A stretch of DNA of 63,099 bases, counting the filler, from Sluysia triapertura (Eukaryota): assembly GCA_046118255.1 (NCBI GenBank). It is 5 parts of 5 records of this genome, joined end to end, with 100 filler letters (N's around TTAATTAATTAA, not from the genome) between each part and the next. Parts side by side here need not be neighbours in the genome. Positions count along the whole stretch, not along the records: positions 13,072 to 26,881 come from JBJNIA010018188.1; positions 26,982 to 38,477 come from JBJNIA010184091.1; 3 more parts are not named here. One strand, 5' to 3'. A program made the translations under genes and the position numbers. Shown here in pieces: positions 13,524 to 27,400 of this stretch. The notes beneath the pieces are model-generated. The model did not search any database, was not told the origin of the DNA, and saw only the letters and a list, made by a program, of their open reading frames with translations. Numbering within the stretch: the first letter of the stretch is position 1; each line of letters begins with the position of its first letter.

Positions 13524-16500
13524 ATAATTACAATCCAAATTTAATTCAACAAAATAATTAGTCGCACAATTTTTATAAGTATTTTTCTCATTTCAATTGA
13601 CAAAGTGAGTGAATGCCATTTTATCTGATAAAGAAAAAAATTCATTTATTAATTTTTATTAACAAGAAACATGGACAATTAGTTTATTTTATCAAGGAGA
13701 TTTTTATAACGTAAATTAAATTAGTAAGTTTTATTCCTGTTAAAGACGAATCCTAAAATATACTAAAATTAAATGTAATTTTTAACATTTTTGAAACATA
13801 AAAATTAAAGATCCTGATGACTCTTTAATTATAAAATAATAATTTTATTTTTATTATTTGTCTTAATTCTCGTTATTGGTGTTTATTATCTAGTTTCTTT
13901 TTTCATGCAATTTCGATTAATCGGTTATTTATTATTTTTATTAAGATGTTCTAATTAACATAAGCAATTTCATTCACTAAGCAATAAAGTTAAAGTCGAA
14001 TTTTCATTTTAATTACATTAAGATTTGCTTGATTTTAGTTACGGCCTAAGACATTTATTGTATTCGAACCCTGTTCAATTTTATTTTTCCACGGATTAGA
14101 AAGTAATAAAACCGCAGATTAAAATTATATAATTTTCAATTGTAGCTTTTATTTTGGGAATAAATCCAAAATTTTGTAATTTAATATTATCAGAAGTTAG
14201 ATAATAGAAATTATTAATAACATTAATATAAATTTCAAAATTGAAGTATAATAAAATAAGAATTTAATTTTAAATTACTAAATTACTTTTTTCATTATAT
14301 TAATATTTTGCAGACAAAGTATTAATGATTTTCTTAACTTTTATAAATAATAAAATAATAATTAAATAATAACTTTAAATAAATAATACTATGAACAAAT
14401 TATATTTTGTATGCTTCTAAAATACATTATAAAAGCTATTAACTTTCCATTTTAAATTCAATTTATAAATTTAGCATATATAGATGCTTAGATTTTTAAA
14501 ACTTAATTTTCCAAGTGCATATGCAAAATAAGGTTTATATGACCTGCACATCAAATTAAATTATATATAATAATTTAATTTATGATATTATTTTGAATAA
14601 ATTTTGAATTATGTTAATAATTGATTAATTAAATATTTTAATATTAAATGCTTTAATATTTGATAGCTAATTTTATTAGAACAATAATATTTATTAAGAC
14701 TTAATCATTAAACAATTTAAATTTCAAATTAATTATTTTTGAATTTTGGAAATCCATATTCCTAAATTATTGTTGGACAAAATTAAATCAACTTCTATAT
14801 ATAATTATTATATTGAAATATTGTTAAAATATTTTTTGTTTTATTATTATAAAATTAATAACAAAATAATGTTGGATTTCTAATCAAAACAGTGAGCAAA
14901 GAAATGTGAAACATAATTACAAATAATTATTCTAAAGATATATTATAAAAATTGAATAATATAACTAAATTTCTGTATATATGTTAAACTTTATACTATT
15001 TTACATTATACATAATGTGTTATTTGTATTATTACATTATTGTAAAGTTTATCTCAATTTCAGTAAATTATGGAATTTTTCAGTACAAATATTTATAAAG
15101 CCATTTTTTGATACTTCTTTCAACAAACTGATCAAGGTGTTTGTAATTGAGTAGTACTGATTCTAGAAAGTAGGCTGAATGAAGCTGAACCTAATAGTGG
15201 TCATATGTTTTGATTAGAAATGAGTTTGGTTTATTTTACATGTAACTTGAAGCTGCTATATTAATTTTAAATTGTTACTATTTAAACAATATATTTTGAA
15301 CGTTTATCAAGACAAAGCAAAAGAAAAATAACTTAAAATAGGTATAATTTATACCTATCCAAAGTGGTCCATACTGAGGTGGTACCATTTATTAATTGAG
15401 ATAGTAATTATTGTTTGTTTTACCTTTTGTTTGACGATATTTGTACTTAATTGCTTTAATTTAAATATATTTTATTATGTTAATTGACTTTTCGTGTAAA
15501 CAGTGATCTTTCGCCTACATTGATTAAAAGAGTGCTATTAGTTATGAAGACGAAATTATTAAATAAAAAATTGTGTAGGTGATACGAAATAAATTGAACG
15601 AAAAGATAGAACAACAGGTGTTTAATGAAAAATTTTCATAACTTATGATAAAAATGAAATAAAAATTTTGCAAAGATTGTGTACTACAAGAAATCAAATT
15701 TAAGTACGATATTAAGCAGAGAATGTTTTCTATATTTACATTGAAAAAGTTGTTACTAAACTTGAGAATAATTATGTATAATGTAACACACAATAAACTT
15801 TAAAAGCACCAAATTATTAAGTATATTTTACAACAGTCATTGTGCATACTTAACTGTTTGAATGCGGGAGAATTTTTTTATGCATATGCTAAAAGTCCGG
15901 GATGAAATGCGTACTATTTTTGGGGGAAACAATGAAAATGGTTATAATTAACACTAATTGTTATGTAACAAGTAATTTTGATCAAAAAATATTTTTTAAT
16001 TTCACTTATTACAAAAATGTTTTGCTGCACAAATTCCATGAACTCCTTTTTTATCAACAGCAGCATCTTCGCATTATCGATACAAAACAAGAAAAGCGCT
16101 ATCGCGCTGCGCCAGACTCAAACGATCAATAGAAAAAATTCACTAATCAATTAACGGCTCCATTTGTCTTTGTTGTTCTCCTTCAAATTAATGAGTATAG
16201 GATCCAGGAAATATTTCCTATTAATAGCAACCAAATATCACATCATTTCTATTTAGGAAATTAGTATTGAATCGCATTACCTATTAATACTAATTTATTA
16301 TGGTAGTGCAAGTTTATTGGCCGCATTATTGTAAATTGTACTTCTTGTACTCACGAATCAATTGATTACTACATTACTTGATTTTATTAATCTTTAAGAG
16401 TAAATTATTTATCTGCGTAAATTCATTTCATTTTTCAGGCAGTTTACAAACGTTTTTAATGTATAATGAGGAAAGATTTTCTGTAATTATACATTGATAT

Positions 16501-16593
16501 GCATTATTTTTACAATTATTAAACCATGAAAACAATAGTATTCTGTATTTTCGTTTTATTTATCTTCAAATGATTTAATTTTTTATACTTCAG

Positions 16594-16753
16594 ATTATCA
16601 CAATATTTATGTGCTTTTATGAAAGTTATTACAAGATCTGTATCTAAAGTATTTTCAAACTATACTGTTATTGATGGCGTTTCTTTATCTAGTACACAGA
16701 ATGTTGAGGAAATTATGTCAAATCTTAATATGATTGATAGATATGATGCAGAT
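16594..16753 (+). CDS. Coiled-coil protein gene, internal exon
   Basis: cttcag|16594, gat16753|gttagt, phase 2/0; open frame LSQYLCAFMKVITRSVSKVFSNYTVIDGVSLSSTQNVEEIMSNLNMIDRYDAD. Confidence 0.7.
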
Positions 16754-18123
16754 GTTAGTGTAATCTGATTTTTATTTTATATTGTGTATATTAATATTGA
16801 CATTCATTCAAACTTTAGGCTCAATTTTTTTACATATTCACAAAATTGATTTAAATATTATTATATTTATGTTTTGTGACAATACTATTATTTATAATAA
16901 ATTTTACTTAAATTGATTTTAAATATCACGCGTTTACTTTTAAATTGTAAAAATTATTATTTTTCTTTGATTATAATTCTTATTAAATAACGTAATTCTA
17001 ATAATTGATTTGCTTTTTGATCTTATATCTTTATTCACTTAAAATCCTTATCGGGAGAGTTATGAGATAGAAGTTCTGAAACTCTAATTTTATTTAGAGT
17101 CAAAAGAACTTTATTTTGATTTTAATATATAAACTGCGTTCAGCTATTACTACGCACGGTGAGTTATAACGCTTTGTCGTGTTTTATAAAACTTCGTTTT
17201 GCTTTGGCTTAATACTTTACTTATGTAACTTCTTAATATAGTTCTACTTCGTTATTTTATCTTCTAGTAATTTTAACTCCAATTTCCTTACCTGACTCTT
17301 TTCTCAGATCCACTTCTTTTATTAATCAATAAATAACAATTAAAAAATTGAAAATTAAATTATACGCAAAGTTATTATTCTAAAAATTTAATTTTATACA
17401 TACAAATATATATATTTACTCAAAATTTAAATTAAAGATAGATGTAGAAATATTTTACAATTCACTTCTTACTTCAATAAAATAATTATCACGATAGTGG
17501 AGCATTAAAAAAATACCGCAATGATTCGATTAGTTTACTACAACAATCGGTTGTAAGTTTTTTAAAATTCATTTGATATTTAGTCTTTTGTATATTGTAA
17601 TTGAAATTATTATTATCAATTGTTAAATATAACAGAATCGCCATAAAATAATTATTGTTAATATAGTTATTATACATAAAATAATTATCGAATTATTGTT
17701 GTAATAGTAATCATGATATAGTCGTTATAAAATAGCAATCATAATTAACATAGTATAATGTATTAATGTATTAAATATTTAAAGCAGTAAAGCTGTATCA
17801 CATCTTATGTATGAAGAATTTTATCACATTTGTTTCATTGCCTTCAGACAACAACTTTGAAAGAAAAAAACTTGACCATTCGTTACACTTTTCCTATATA
17901 TTTAAAACCTTCCAGATTTGTTTTGTCCTTTGGTAGACAACTGTACTTTTGTAGCACAATTCCGATTGAATTTGGATAATTATCCTATCATATATTTAAA
18001 TTTAAATCAATTTATTAAATCCATTTCTATTTGAGGAACTGAATAACTTTTATGCACAAATTTATTTTTCACTTAATTTGTGAATATAATTTAAATTTTT
18101 TCATATGTTTTATTTATTTTTAG

Positions 18124-18180
18124 TCAATAGATAGTCAAAACATTATCAATATGCTGAAACTCAGAATCAATTTATTAATT
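18124..18180 (+). CDS. Coiled-coil protein gene, 57-bp exon
   Basis: ttttag|18124 SIDSQNIINMLKLRINLLI 18180|gtaagt, phase 0/0. Confidence 0.72.
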
Positions 18181-18429
18181 GTAAGTTACATTTTATATTT
18201 CAAATTTGATTATTTATTTAACTCTAGTAGAACTTATGTATAAAGTTAATAGAAACGTGGAGAATAGGCTAAACGTGCTTTTTAATTTTATTAGTTAAAC
18301 AAAAAAACATTTATTTAAATTCACTTAGAAACAACATCAGATCATTAATATAAAAAAATAAAGTCCATTACACACAAGAGATATTTTACAGATATGCACC
18401 TTACATAAACATATTTCTTGTATTTCAAG

Positions 18430-18870
18430 CAATTAGAACTTGTATTTTTGTTGCAAAATCCAATTAACTTCGAATTTTCTGAAGTCATTTATATGCCATT
18501 CGCTTATGTTTCATTAAATAAAAATCGTTAGTTATATTTTCGCCAGTAATACCTTTATAAACTTCACGTATTGATTCCTGCTAAGACTAAATTAGAAAAC
18601 TGACAAGGCCCCATCTACAAGCCACTTAGACAATATGGTCAAATCTGAACTTGTTTTATAAAATTCCATTTACTTATAAAAATTGCATATTTGTCGGCAA
18701 TATCCACATATATGCTTAGAAGTAATACTTTCTTGTAAAGATTTAGATCTATTTTATCTTATTTGCAGCAGTTTTTTTGTTTTGACAATTCTTTTATTAC
18801 TTTGTAAAGCTCCAACTAACGTTGTTAGCTAATACTTTTTTTGCCAAGGTAATACTGAATGAACTTACAT
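18430..18870 (-). mobile_element. Degenerate piggyBac transposase fragment
   Basis: Frameshifted pieces SITLAKKVLA / TTLVGALQSNKR / KVLLLS / LVLAGINT / YKGITGENIT resemble piggyBac SLAKKLL..TTLVGTIRxNKR, KVLLLST and ILDLAGINAWILYKETTGENIS. Confidence 0.7.
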
Positions 18871-19279
18871 TAAAATTTTCACAATTTTTTCTTTACAGTT
18901 TTTCTCATTTTATAAAGTCTAACGTTTTATTTTACAAATAAATATCGTGCACTTTAGAATATGAACCAAAAATTACATAAATAAATAAATAAATAAATTC
19001 GATTTATTGTAAATATGCGAAATTCCCGAAAAAATTAAAATACTTATGGTATGAATAAAATAATAAATGTGAATAAAAATAAATAAAATATAGGATTATT
19101 CTTTTTCACTGAAAAAATAGTAAATATTGTTTGAATAAATTAGAATTTGGTCATGAAATTATCAATTTTGACGTTCAGACACTTTGGTCATTTAGGTATG
19201 TAGGACTATCAATGAAATTCAAATGTTAAAAAATAAAATAAAATAATAATAAATATAATAATAAAAATTTCGTCAATAA

Positions 19280-19652
19280 ATGTACAACCAGTCATTTCGC
19301 CAGGTCAGTAGTTGTAACGTTAAATAATTCTTAATGTAAAACGCTAAACAATTGTTAAGCAATGCAAATTTTTTAAAACTTGGCGTCTGGGTATACTTCA
19401 CCGCGGACTTGCGTGTGCAGCGGGTTCTTTTGGTAAATCTCTCGGGAGTTTGGTTATTCAGTAAAAGACTAACTATACAGATACAGCCCATAGTATTTAT
19501 AAGATACTTGCTCTCTAGCACAAATCTACTAAATACGTATTTTTAAGTGACCTACGTTCCAATGACAGACTGCGAAAAACGTAAAAGTTCATTGTCCGCA
19601 TACAATGTGTTATTATATATTAATCAGCATTACAACGGGAATTATAAACTAG
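19280..19652 (+). mobile_element. Possible Helitron 3' relic (PIF1-helicase C-terminus plus CTAG end)
   Basis: HRGLACAAGSFGKSLGSLVI is loosely like GLAYVALSRVKSLEGL; ends ...ACAACGGGAATTATAAACTAG|T, resembling the Helitron hairpin-CTAG terminus before a T. Confidence 0.38.
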
Positions 19653-20682
19653 TGAGTAATTGTATTACTGGAATAAAAGTAAGTTAGGTTATTAATAATA
19701 TACTTTATTTATTATCAGTATTATTAAAAATTGGAGTTAATAAATTTTACGTGAAAAAAGTTTGAATTCAGAGTTTTAAAACAATTCGAAAAAATCCGAG
19801 GTTTATACAAAAAAGTGATTGATACTCAAGTGATTTAATATTTTGAAATATTAATTAAATTATATTAACCTTACAAATAACAAGTATCTTCTCTTTTTGT
19901 GTAATCATTGGATTATATTCGAAAAAGAAGTTATTGTTATTGATAATTAGCGTTCAAATTATCACATTTTTTTCAATTATTATTCATTTATTATTTTTTA
20001 TTAGCACTAAAATACGGTTTTTATTAAAGTATAAAGTAGTACTTAGTTTGAGTAGTAGCTTTTCATTTTCAGATAGTTGTAATTTATTCAAAATGTACCT
20101 TTTTTAAACTTTGTGTTATTTTTAATATGTATGTATTTTCTATATATACACTTTAATTGTGAACATATTTTGGCGAAATTTTTTTATCCAGAATGTATTG
20201 TGATGCTGATGCACAACCTGCCTACAAAACTACAAAATAATTTAATGAATTTCACCAATCTAAAATTTTTCATGATATATTGATTCTAGACCGAAAATTT
20301 AGTGAAACTTACCTGTATTATGGATATAAAATAGATAACGAGAAAAAATAATTGTTGCATAAAACTTAAATTATAATATATCCTAATTTACATTTCAATA
20401 CACGAAATGAAATTTTTTTGAAATTTTGTCAATTTAGTTCGAAAATGGCGACGAATTTTTTATTAGATGTATCAATAAATTTGGCATTATATTAAAGTAT
20501 AGAAATTATTTATCAATATAAATCACCAATAAAAGTTAATGTATTTATTTATAAAAACAAATATGTAATAAATTAAAAATGTTATTAACATCCGAGGAAC
20601 TTGTGTTATTTTTTATTTATTATTATTACTCATTGTTACGCAAGATTTATATTAAATAATTAAATTTCATTGTGGATTAAAG

Positions 20683-20893
20683 TGCCTTTAAGTGAAGCCC
20701 GTCGGATCTTTCAGTGAACATTAACGATCCATTAAAACAAGATTGCTCAGTGTTAGCTATTGTTTTTTGCTCATGTTACATTTTAAAAATTATATTGTGC
20801 TTCATAAGAAAACTAATGGAAAAACTGACAACTATGATCTCTTGATGGGATTTGTAAGATCGTTAAGCGGAAGGGCTCGTTCGTATTAAAGCA
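20683..20893. mobile_element. Possible degenerate MITE (imperfect terminal inverted repeats)
   Basis: Left TGCCTTTAA..GAAGCCC..TTAACGATC versus the reverse complement of the right end TGCTTTAA..GAACGAGCCC..TTAACGATC. Confidence 0.35.
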
Positions 20894-20927
20894 TAATTTT
20901 TAATATATTTATTTTTTAATATTTTAG

Positions 20928-21311
20928 GAAGAAAACGAAGCTCAAAAGAAATATTTGGCTGATAAAGATAGTCATAATCAATTTTTAGTACACAACAATA
21001 ATAAATTACGTTTTGATACGATTGCAGCTTATGAAATGAATAATAAATTGATTAATCGTAACATTATTCTATCTAATGAACTGCATCAAATAAAGAAGGC
21101 ATATACTACGTTGTTAGATCAAAATCAAGAACTAATTACACAGCATTCAGAAGATATCGATAAAATAAAAAAACTAAATGAAGAAATAGGAACTAAGAAA
21201 CGAGATTATGAAATGATTAAGATTGAAAATAAAGAACTTGCTTTGCGTGCAGAGAATTTGAAATTGGAAATAGGTCGATTAAAAATTGAGTTAACTCGTA
21301 GAGAAGAAAAG
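20928..21311 (+). CDS. Coiled-coil protein gene, internal exon
   Basis: ttttag|20928 ... aag21311|gtatgt; 128 codons rich in E/K/L/N with a heptad pattern (ENKELALRAENLKLEIGRLKIELTRREEK). Confidence 0.85.
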
Positions 21312-21619
21312 GTATGTATTACATTGTATTAAAATAATATTACCAAAATTATTATACAAACTTAATTTGAGTTAATAATTTTATAGAACTATAAATTTTT
21401 GTGCAACAAATTATTTATTTATATTAAAACATTCTAAAATATAGAATGTATTTTTATAAACCATGTAATTTAAGAGTAGAAATAATAAAAAATAAAATAA
21501 AAATTATTTTATTAATTAAAATGGTAAATTGATTATTTGATTATTGTTAAATGATAAATTTCGGAACTATTCGTAAAGTTTGTAAAAAATCTAATCTTTC
21601 GTCCAAAATATTAAATGGC

Positions 21620-21981
21620 TTTTAATTCTCCATTTAAATTATCGTCAGAGTTAGAGTTGGAAATAGAATAATTATGAAACTATAAATTATTTAAGCTCCG
21701 TATCCAAATCTTAAATAAAAAGTTAACGAAATATAACTTATAATGAAAATAACTTTTAACGCAGTGGAATGGAAAAATGAAATGAATTATGTTAAAACCA
21801 TGAACGAGTCATTTAATAAAGTAGAAAAGGATCATGTAATAGTCCATTTACTTTCATGCAATGGTTTACATCTGATATTTCTAATTCTATGATGCTATTA
21901 GGCAATATGATAAAAGGTGATTCATGGAATGATCTTTTACAATATTATTTGACTGTAGAAGATGATGATAATCAATTCTAG
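21620..21981 (+). pseudogene. SET: SET/TAF-I (NAP/TSPY family) processed pseudogene fragment in an intron
   Basis: VEWKNEMNYVKTMNESFNK/(frameshift)SRKGSCNSPFTFMQWFTSDISNSMMLLGNMIKGDSWNDLLQYYLTVEDDD versus SET [71 protein letters not shown]; frameshifted, no introns visible. Confidence 0.8.
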
Positions 21982-22639
21982 TTCCTGAAAGGCCACGATA
22001 AAACTCTAAAAGTAAAACTCTTTAACTATCTACTGTCTGTGATCTTTATTAATCTATCTTTTGATGAATTCTTTCTCCCAATTTGTCGTACATTTAATAT
22101 ACCAATTTTGGAGTTTTATTTTAATGTTATTTTCTTCTTAAAGGAAAATAATATTGAACTTTATTTAAGTAAAAATATTTTACAATAATTTTAATCCTAA
22201 AGATATTTTGTTAGCATTGACAATTATAATTATAATAATAATTATTAACCCATTGTACTTGACGGACTTTAACGGAACAAAAAATGGGCATGTAATCAAT
22301 TAAAAATCACAATAGTAAAAGCCAAATTTGTGATAACTTTCAATTTGTAATTTGCTAGTTGTATTTTATTTGATCCATACCTATTGATTTACTAGTAGTA
22401 CGATGACGAATTTCATTATAAATTATATCAAAATTAATATGATTAGTTTTGCTGACTAAAAATGATACATGGAAATTCAATATAGGGACTGAATTATTTG
22501 ATAAAGCAATGACTATACTTTAATTGTAGACATGATTAAGATGCTCTTACAGCTAATAGATAAATAAAAGAATAAGCTTTCTCGAGATTAAATAGCACTT
22601 GCAATTTATAATCAACTGCAAAATATTCTTACTTTATAT

Positions 22640-24040
22640 AAAATGAATGCCACGGTACCTCATTGCTAACAGGTTGAGGAATTGATGATGAACCTATTTG
22701 ATTTAGTCTGTTTTTCGCGCAACATAAACTGCAATAATAATAATAATAAACTTTATGTTTAAGAGATTTTGATGATATATAATTAGTTTCTATTACGACT
22801 TGCTTCGAAGCATCATAAACGAACCAATGTCCTTCAGAATGTATATAATTATCAACAGTTATAACTTCATGATCATCTAAATCGATTATAATATGATTTT
22901 CTTCTAAACGAATAAAATGTGAACTAAGTTGGTATTCAAAACTAAGTATTGTAAATGATTATGCCTATTCTGATTTAAGATTTTTTGTTGATAATATATC
23001 ATTACATTTCCTTGGAATTAAGGAATTAATGTTAGCATAATTTTGTATTGTATAAGGAATATACCCTCACCTTCTTAATTATTCACAATCGATATATCAG
23101 CGGTTTGATTAGCTTTATCGTTAACGCACAATTTTGCACCACAGCACACAGAAATTTCACAATAATTTTGTCCATTTTCAAATTAATAATTTCTGTTTCT
23201 TGACAAAAGTGTTAAATAAGGAATTTGAAAGAAGTTTAGAAAGGATTGAGAATGTTATTATAGAAATTTCATTGTTATGAAACTCTGTCTGATTTTAAGT
23301 TTTTATAGATTTTGATGGTTGGTGTGATAGGTCTACATGTTTGATATTTTGTAAGTTGGATGTGAAGTTTAGTTTATTTTTTAATTTTAAATTATAGGCT
23401 TGAACCACCACGACATGTACTTTTAAATCCTTTCTTTAATCATTTGTAACAGCAAACATTGTAGGTAATTTTTATTGACCAAAGTAATTGCTAATCTGTT
23501 TCTTGACAGTTCAGAGATGAAGTCTTTAATGAAGTACCTCTGTATTTATTAGGTATTGTTTTTCCTCAGCTTTTTTAAATGCATTTATAAAACGCCTGTA
23601 AACTTTGATAATAATAATAATAAAGTATGCATAAATAATATATAATATTAAAATAATTAGAAGTGAATATTCGGCATGAGACAATACAAGTAGTAAGTCT
23701 ATTGTAACATCGTTTCCATTTAGTGTATTGTAGCAGTCGAATTTATCGCGATTTAAGTGCTTTCAAATCATCTGTAAAAATGCAACACTTTGAATAGTTA
23801 AATTTGTATCATGATCTAATTCTAAGTTAAAAGTATTAAGGTAACTAAGTCTCCTTGTTTCTTCTTTGATAATTTTTAATATTCTTTAAATTTCATTTGC
23901 CAATAACCTTTTTTATACTTTACATATACTAATTTAATAAAAGTTTTGAAATTTTTGTTAATCTCCATTAAATATGAATTGGAAAATACGTGAACTTCTG
24001 AAATAATGATGAAGAGCACCTAGATGAGCTTTACGTTGTA
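22640..24040 (-). mobile_element. Possible degraded LTR-retrotransposon gag-protease region
   Basis: CCYK*LKKGFKSTCR (broken zinc-knuckle-like) followed by IVKFL/VCCGAKLCV (retropepsin FLxDTGA-like); many stops. Confidence 0.33.
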
Positions 24041-24060
24041 ACTATTATTAAAAAGCTGTA

Positions 24061-24112
24061 ATTATTATTATTATTATATTATTATTATTATTATATTATT
24101 ATTATTATTATT
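24061..24112. repeat. (ATT)n microsatellite, interrupted
   Basis: Direct. Confidence 0.95.
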
Positions 24113-25211
24113 GTGCTATGATTAAGTTAATAAATTAAGTTAGTAATTTTATAAACATATTTAAAAGGCAAAGTTCTTTCTAATGTGGGGTTCTGGTGAT
24201 GTTAATTTGTGTTAAACACATTCGAGTATTTAAAGTTAAATGTAATTTTTAAACTGAAGTAAACTAAAACAATGAAAATATTCATCTAATTATGTTGAAG
24301 ATATTTAATTGAAGTGTTGATTTACAAGGTGACTGTTAAGAATGCTGAAGCTGTTGTTGTTGATCATGCTGATGTTAATATTGAAAGTAAAGCTGAAGTT
24401 GTTAAATATATACATGATATTGAATGTATTACGAAAGAAGAAAGATGTAAAGTACAAAGATTGAAATAATTGCGGCCTGTTAAGATTGTAGATAATTTGT
24501 ATTTAACAGTTTAGCTGTTGTGTTTTTGAGAATAAACTTTGTGTTTTTGTCTGAAATAAAATTATAAATTGTCTAGTGAGCCACTGTGTGAATATTAAAA
24601 CTTTTGAGGTTTAAATAAAATTAATAAATAACTTAGAAATTTTTCATTCTGTTAATTAATATTTCTTGAATATTATCTTGTTGATAAAATAATTTATTTA
24701 ATTAATTTGCCCGGAAAATAATCCTTAAGCCTTAACTTTGATTTTATTCTAGATTCTAACCTGTTTTCATTACTTTTATACTGAAATATCGATTTATTTC
24801 CATAAATGGAATTTTCAAAATCCAATGAAAAGTGTGATTGTGTAATTCAGATAAAAATAATTTGATTCAAAAATATGTCATCATAATACAAGAACATGAT
24901 AAAGTTTTTGGTTTTGCTTAAGACAATAGCGAGTTGGGTAATAATTATTTTTACTTCAATTTATAAAAGTAAGAACTGGTATTGGAGAATTTTTACTTTA
25001 CAATCCATGAATGACTTATCTGCTTAAATTTGTAAAGATAATTTAGAATGCAATTAATTTGAAAATAAGTATGAACTGAAGTATTATTTCGGTTAATCAC
25101 AATACATTTTATCACATTATGTATAGAAAGTTTAGGTGTTATTGAAATCAGTGAGTTTATTTAGTTTGATAGATGTGTACTTCTAATCATAATTATATAT
25201 TCTATTTTCAG

Positions 25212-25301
25212 CTTCAAACAACTCTAAATACACACAATCTTCTATTTAAAGTTATTTCTGGCGAAGTTGCTCCTGATATATTGGCTTCACTTAATCGTTA
25301 A
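25212..25301 (+). CDS. Coiled-coil protein gene, terminal exon
   Basis: ttttcag|25212 LQTTLNTHNLLFKVISGEVAPDILASLNR* in phase 0; AATAAA at 25470-25475. Confidence 0.7.
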   Translation, partial: LQTTLNTHNLLFKVISGEVAPDILASLNR

Positions 25302-25759
25302 ATGTGTACCGTATCATGTGTTAAAAAATTATATTTTAGTGTGAATTTATAATATTAATATTATTGTTGGTTGTTTTCAGTTTATTGCAAAATATCGATA
25401 TTTCATTATGATTTTAATCAGAATGTTTTATAAAATTTCATTCCATTTAAAATTTCCAAACTTGTGCTTAATAAATTTAATGTGTACAACCTTTGCTTTA
25501 TGTCTGAATCATTTTATCACGTCATTTTTTTGAAATTTTACATTATTTTAGTACAAATTTTAATTTGAAATTATGGAAGGGATGAATTTTTGTAACAACT
25601 ACAATATTTTTAAAATTGCATTTTCGAATTACGAGTTTAGATCGAAAATAGATTGTACTATTTTCAAACTATAATTGTTTGATATTTAATTCACATTATT
25701 TATTAACTTAGTATTAAAATTAAAAAACATATCCAATTATTAAAATCGTGTGTTATATA

Positions 25760-26080
25760 CCACTCAGTCAAAATCTTGGATCAACCAAGGATTAATTATA
25801 AAGTGGATCGACTGTGTTTCCTTGGATGATCTAAGTAGTGATAAGTGCATTGTTTGGGATTCCTGTGGAGTACAAGATTTTGTAGTAGGCGAAAAGTGAA
25901 GCTGATCGTTGCCCTAAGTAGGTTAACACCATATCTTCAAGCAGAAAATATGGGAATCAAAGGATATCAGCATAATCTTTGGTTAATTCTTGGGTTGGCG
26001 AGTATTTGAAAACTCAATAATATCACCTGTATTTGGTTCAAACTATGAAGATTTGTATGTAGCTAAACATTGCGTTTTGA
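25760..26080 (+). mobile_element. Degenerate pogo/Tigger-type DDE transposase fragment
   Basis: QSKSWINQGLIIKWID...KCIVWDSC...LTPYLQAENMGIK resembles DDE_1 KAW..., LVWDSxxAH and GLTxxLQxxDxGI. Confidence 0.72.
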
Positions 26081-26364
26081 TAATGCATATCTTTTATTGA
26101 AGTTATTTGAAAAAACTTTAGTAAAAGCATATCTTAATAAAATTATAAATAAAATATTCGAATGAAATGTTGTAAATATTATGCAAGTGTTTTCTTAAAC
26201 TTATTCACTGCAAATTATCTGAGAAGTCGGTTCGCCCAATATATACGTTTATATATTATTAGGATTTAATATAATCGAGATTTTAGAACTTATACTTTGC
26301 TTAAAGCCCTTACCAACAGGTGATTAAATCAGATAATTAATTAAGTTAGTTTATATATTTAAGG

Positions 26365-26490
26365 AACCCTTTTTATGGTGTTGCTCAAAAACAGTCTTGT
26401 GATTTTAGAATTTACGCAACCCTTTTTATGGTTTGGCTTCGATGAATAATTTTATGAATTTAAAAATTGCACAACCTTTTTTATGGTTGC
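26365..26490. repeat. Three-copy degenerate tandem repeat (~52-55 bp period, core AACC(C/T)TTTTTATGGT)
   Basis: Core seen at about 26365, 26418 and 26473. Confidence 0.8.
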
Positions 26491-26881
26491 TTTTCAACGT
26501 CTACATTGGGTATCCTCATCCCAGCCAAAGACACCAGCGTAAAGTTGATATTGATTCACAAAGTTTGATAGAGCTTCTGGATTACCGTCAAAAGATTCCA
26601 TTGGAAGAACGAAAGATCGCATAGATTCAGTATTCATTTCCTTTTTCTTTCTAGTCTGTGGCATAAAATGGTAAATCTGAAATTATAAACTTATTTTTTG
26701 CTTAAAAACAAATCTGTATGATTATAATTAAACTTTACTGGAGCACCAAAATTTATGTTGTGTTTTTATCTCTTTAATAATCTTTAAATTATAAAAGACA
26801 ATTGAATAAGTTTTAATCTCAATATATTACAATTTATCACAATATATCACAATAAAGAAAATCAAATAATAATTAAGTCAA

Positions 26882-26981
26882 NNNNNNNNNNNNNNNNNNN
26901 NNNNNNNNNNNNNNNNNNNNNNNNNTTAATTAATTAANNNNNNNNNNNNNNNNNNNNNNNNNNNNNNNNNNNNNNNNNNNN
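26882..26981. other. Artificial contig linker 44N-TTAATTAATTAA-44N
   Basis: Identical to the other linkers. Confidence 0.98.
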
Positions 26982-27239
26982 TTGAGTAACACATTTAATT
27001 TCTATTTATTTGATAAATCCTAAGTTTTATACAGTTCTTTTCTTAAGGGTTACGACTTGAGCAACCTTACCATAATGCGTACTTTTACATTCCGTGTTTC
27101 AGTAAATTTTATTATTAAAATGTTAATCTTCGCTTTAAATAACGTTTATTTTTTATTGTTTTCGTGTAATAATACAAAATAACTGTTGTAATAACTAACA
27201 AACTTTTTAATGTAAATAATCCCTTCAATGCAAAGCATA

Positions 27240-27400
27240 AGTATTATGATATAAGACTATATGTTTAAATATTACAAAAATACAGCAGAAGTACGGTGGC
27301 TCCAGTCATCTTGAAGAAACTGGTTTGTCTTGATTTTAATAATGATAATTTAGTCTGCTTTGCAGATCAAATGGATAATTACATTGAGCAAAAACAATGT
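27240..27400 (+). mobile_element. Possible small hAT transposase relic
   Basis: AEVRWL motif (hAT EVRWLS) and downstream LVCFAD; otherwise degraded. Confidence 0.3.

Noticed and set aside
14060-14075. B-box-like GGGTTCGAATAC on the minus strand
   Set aside because: Isolated, with no A-box or tRNA fold.
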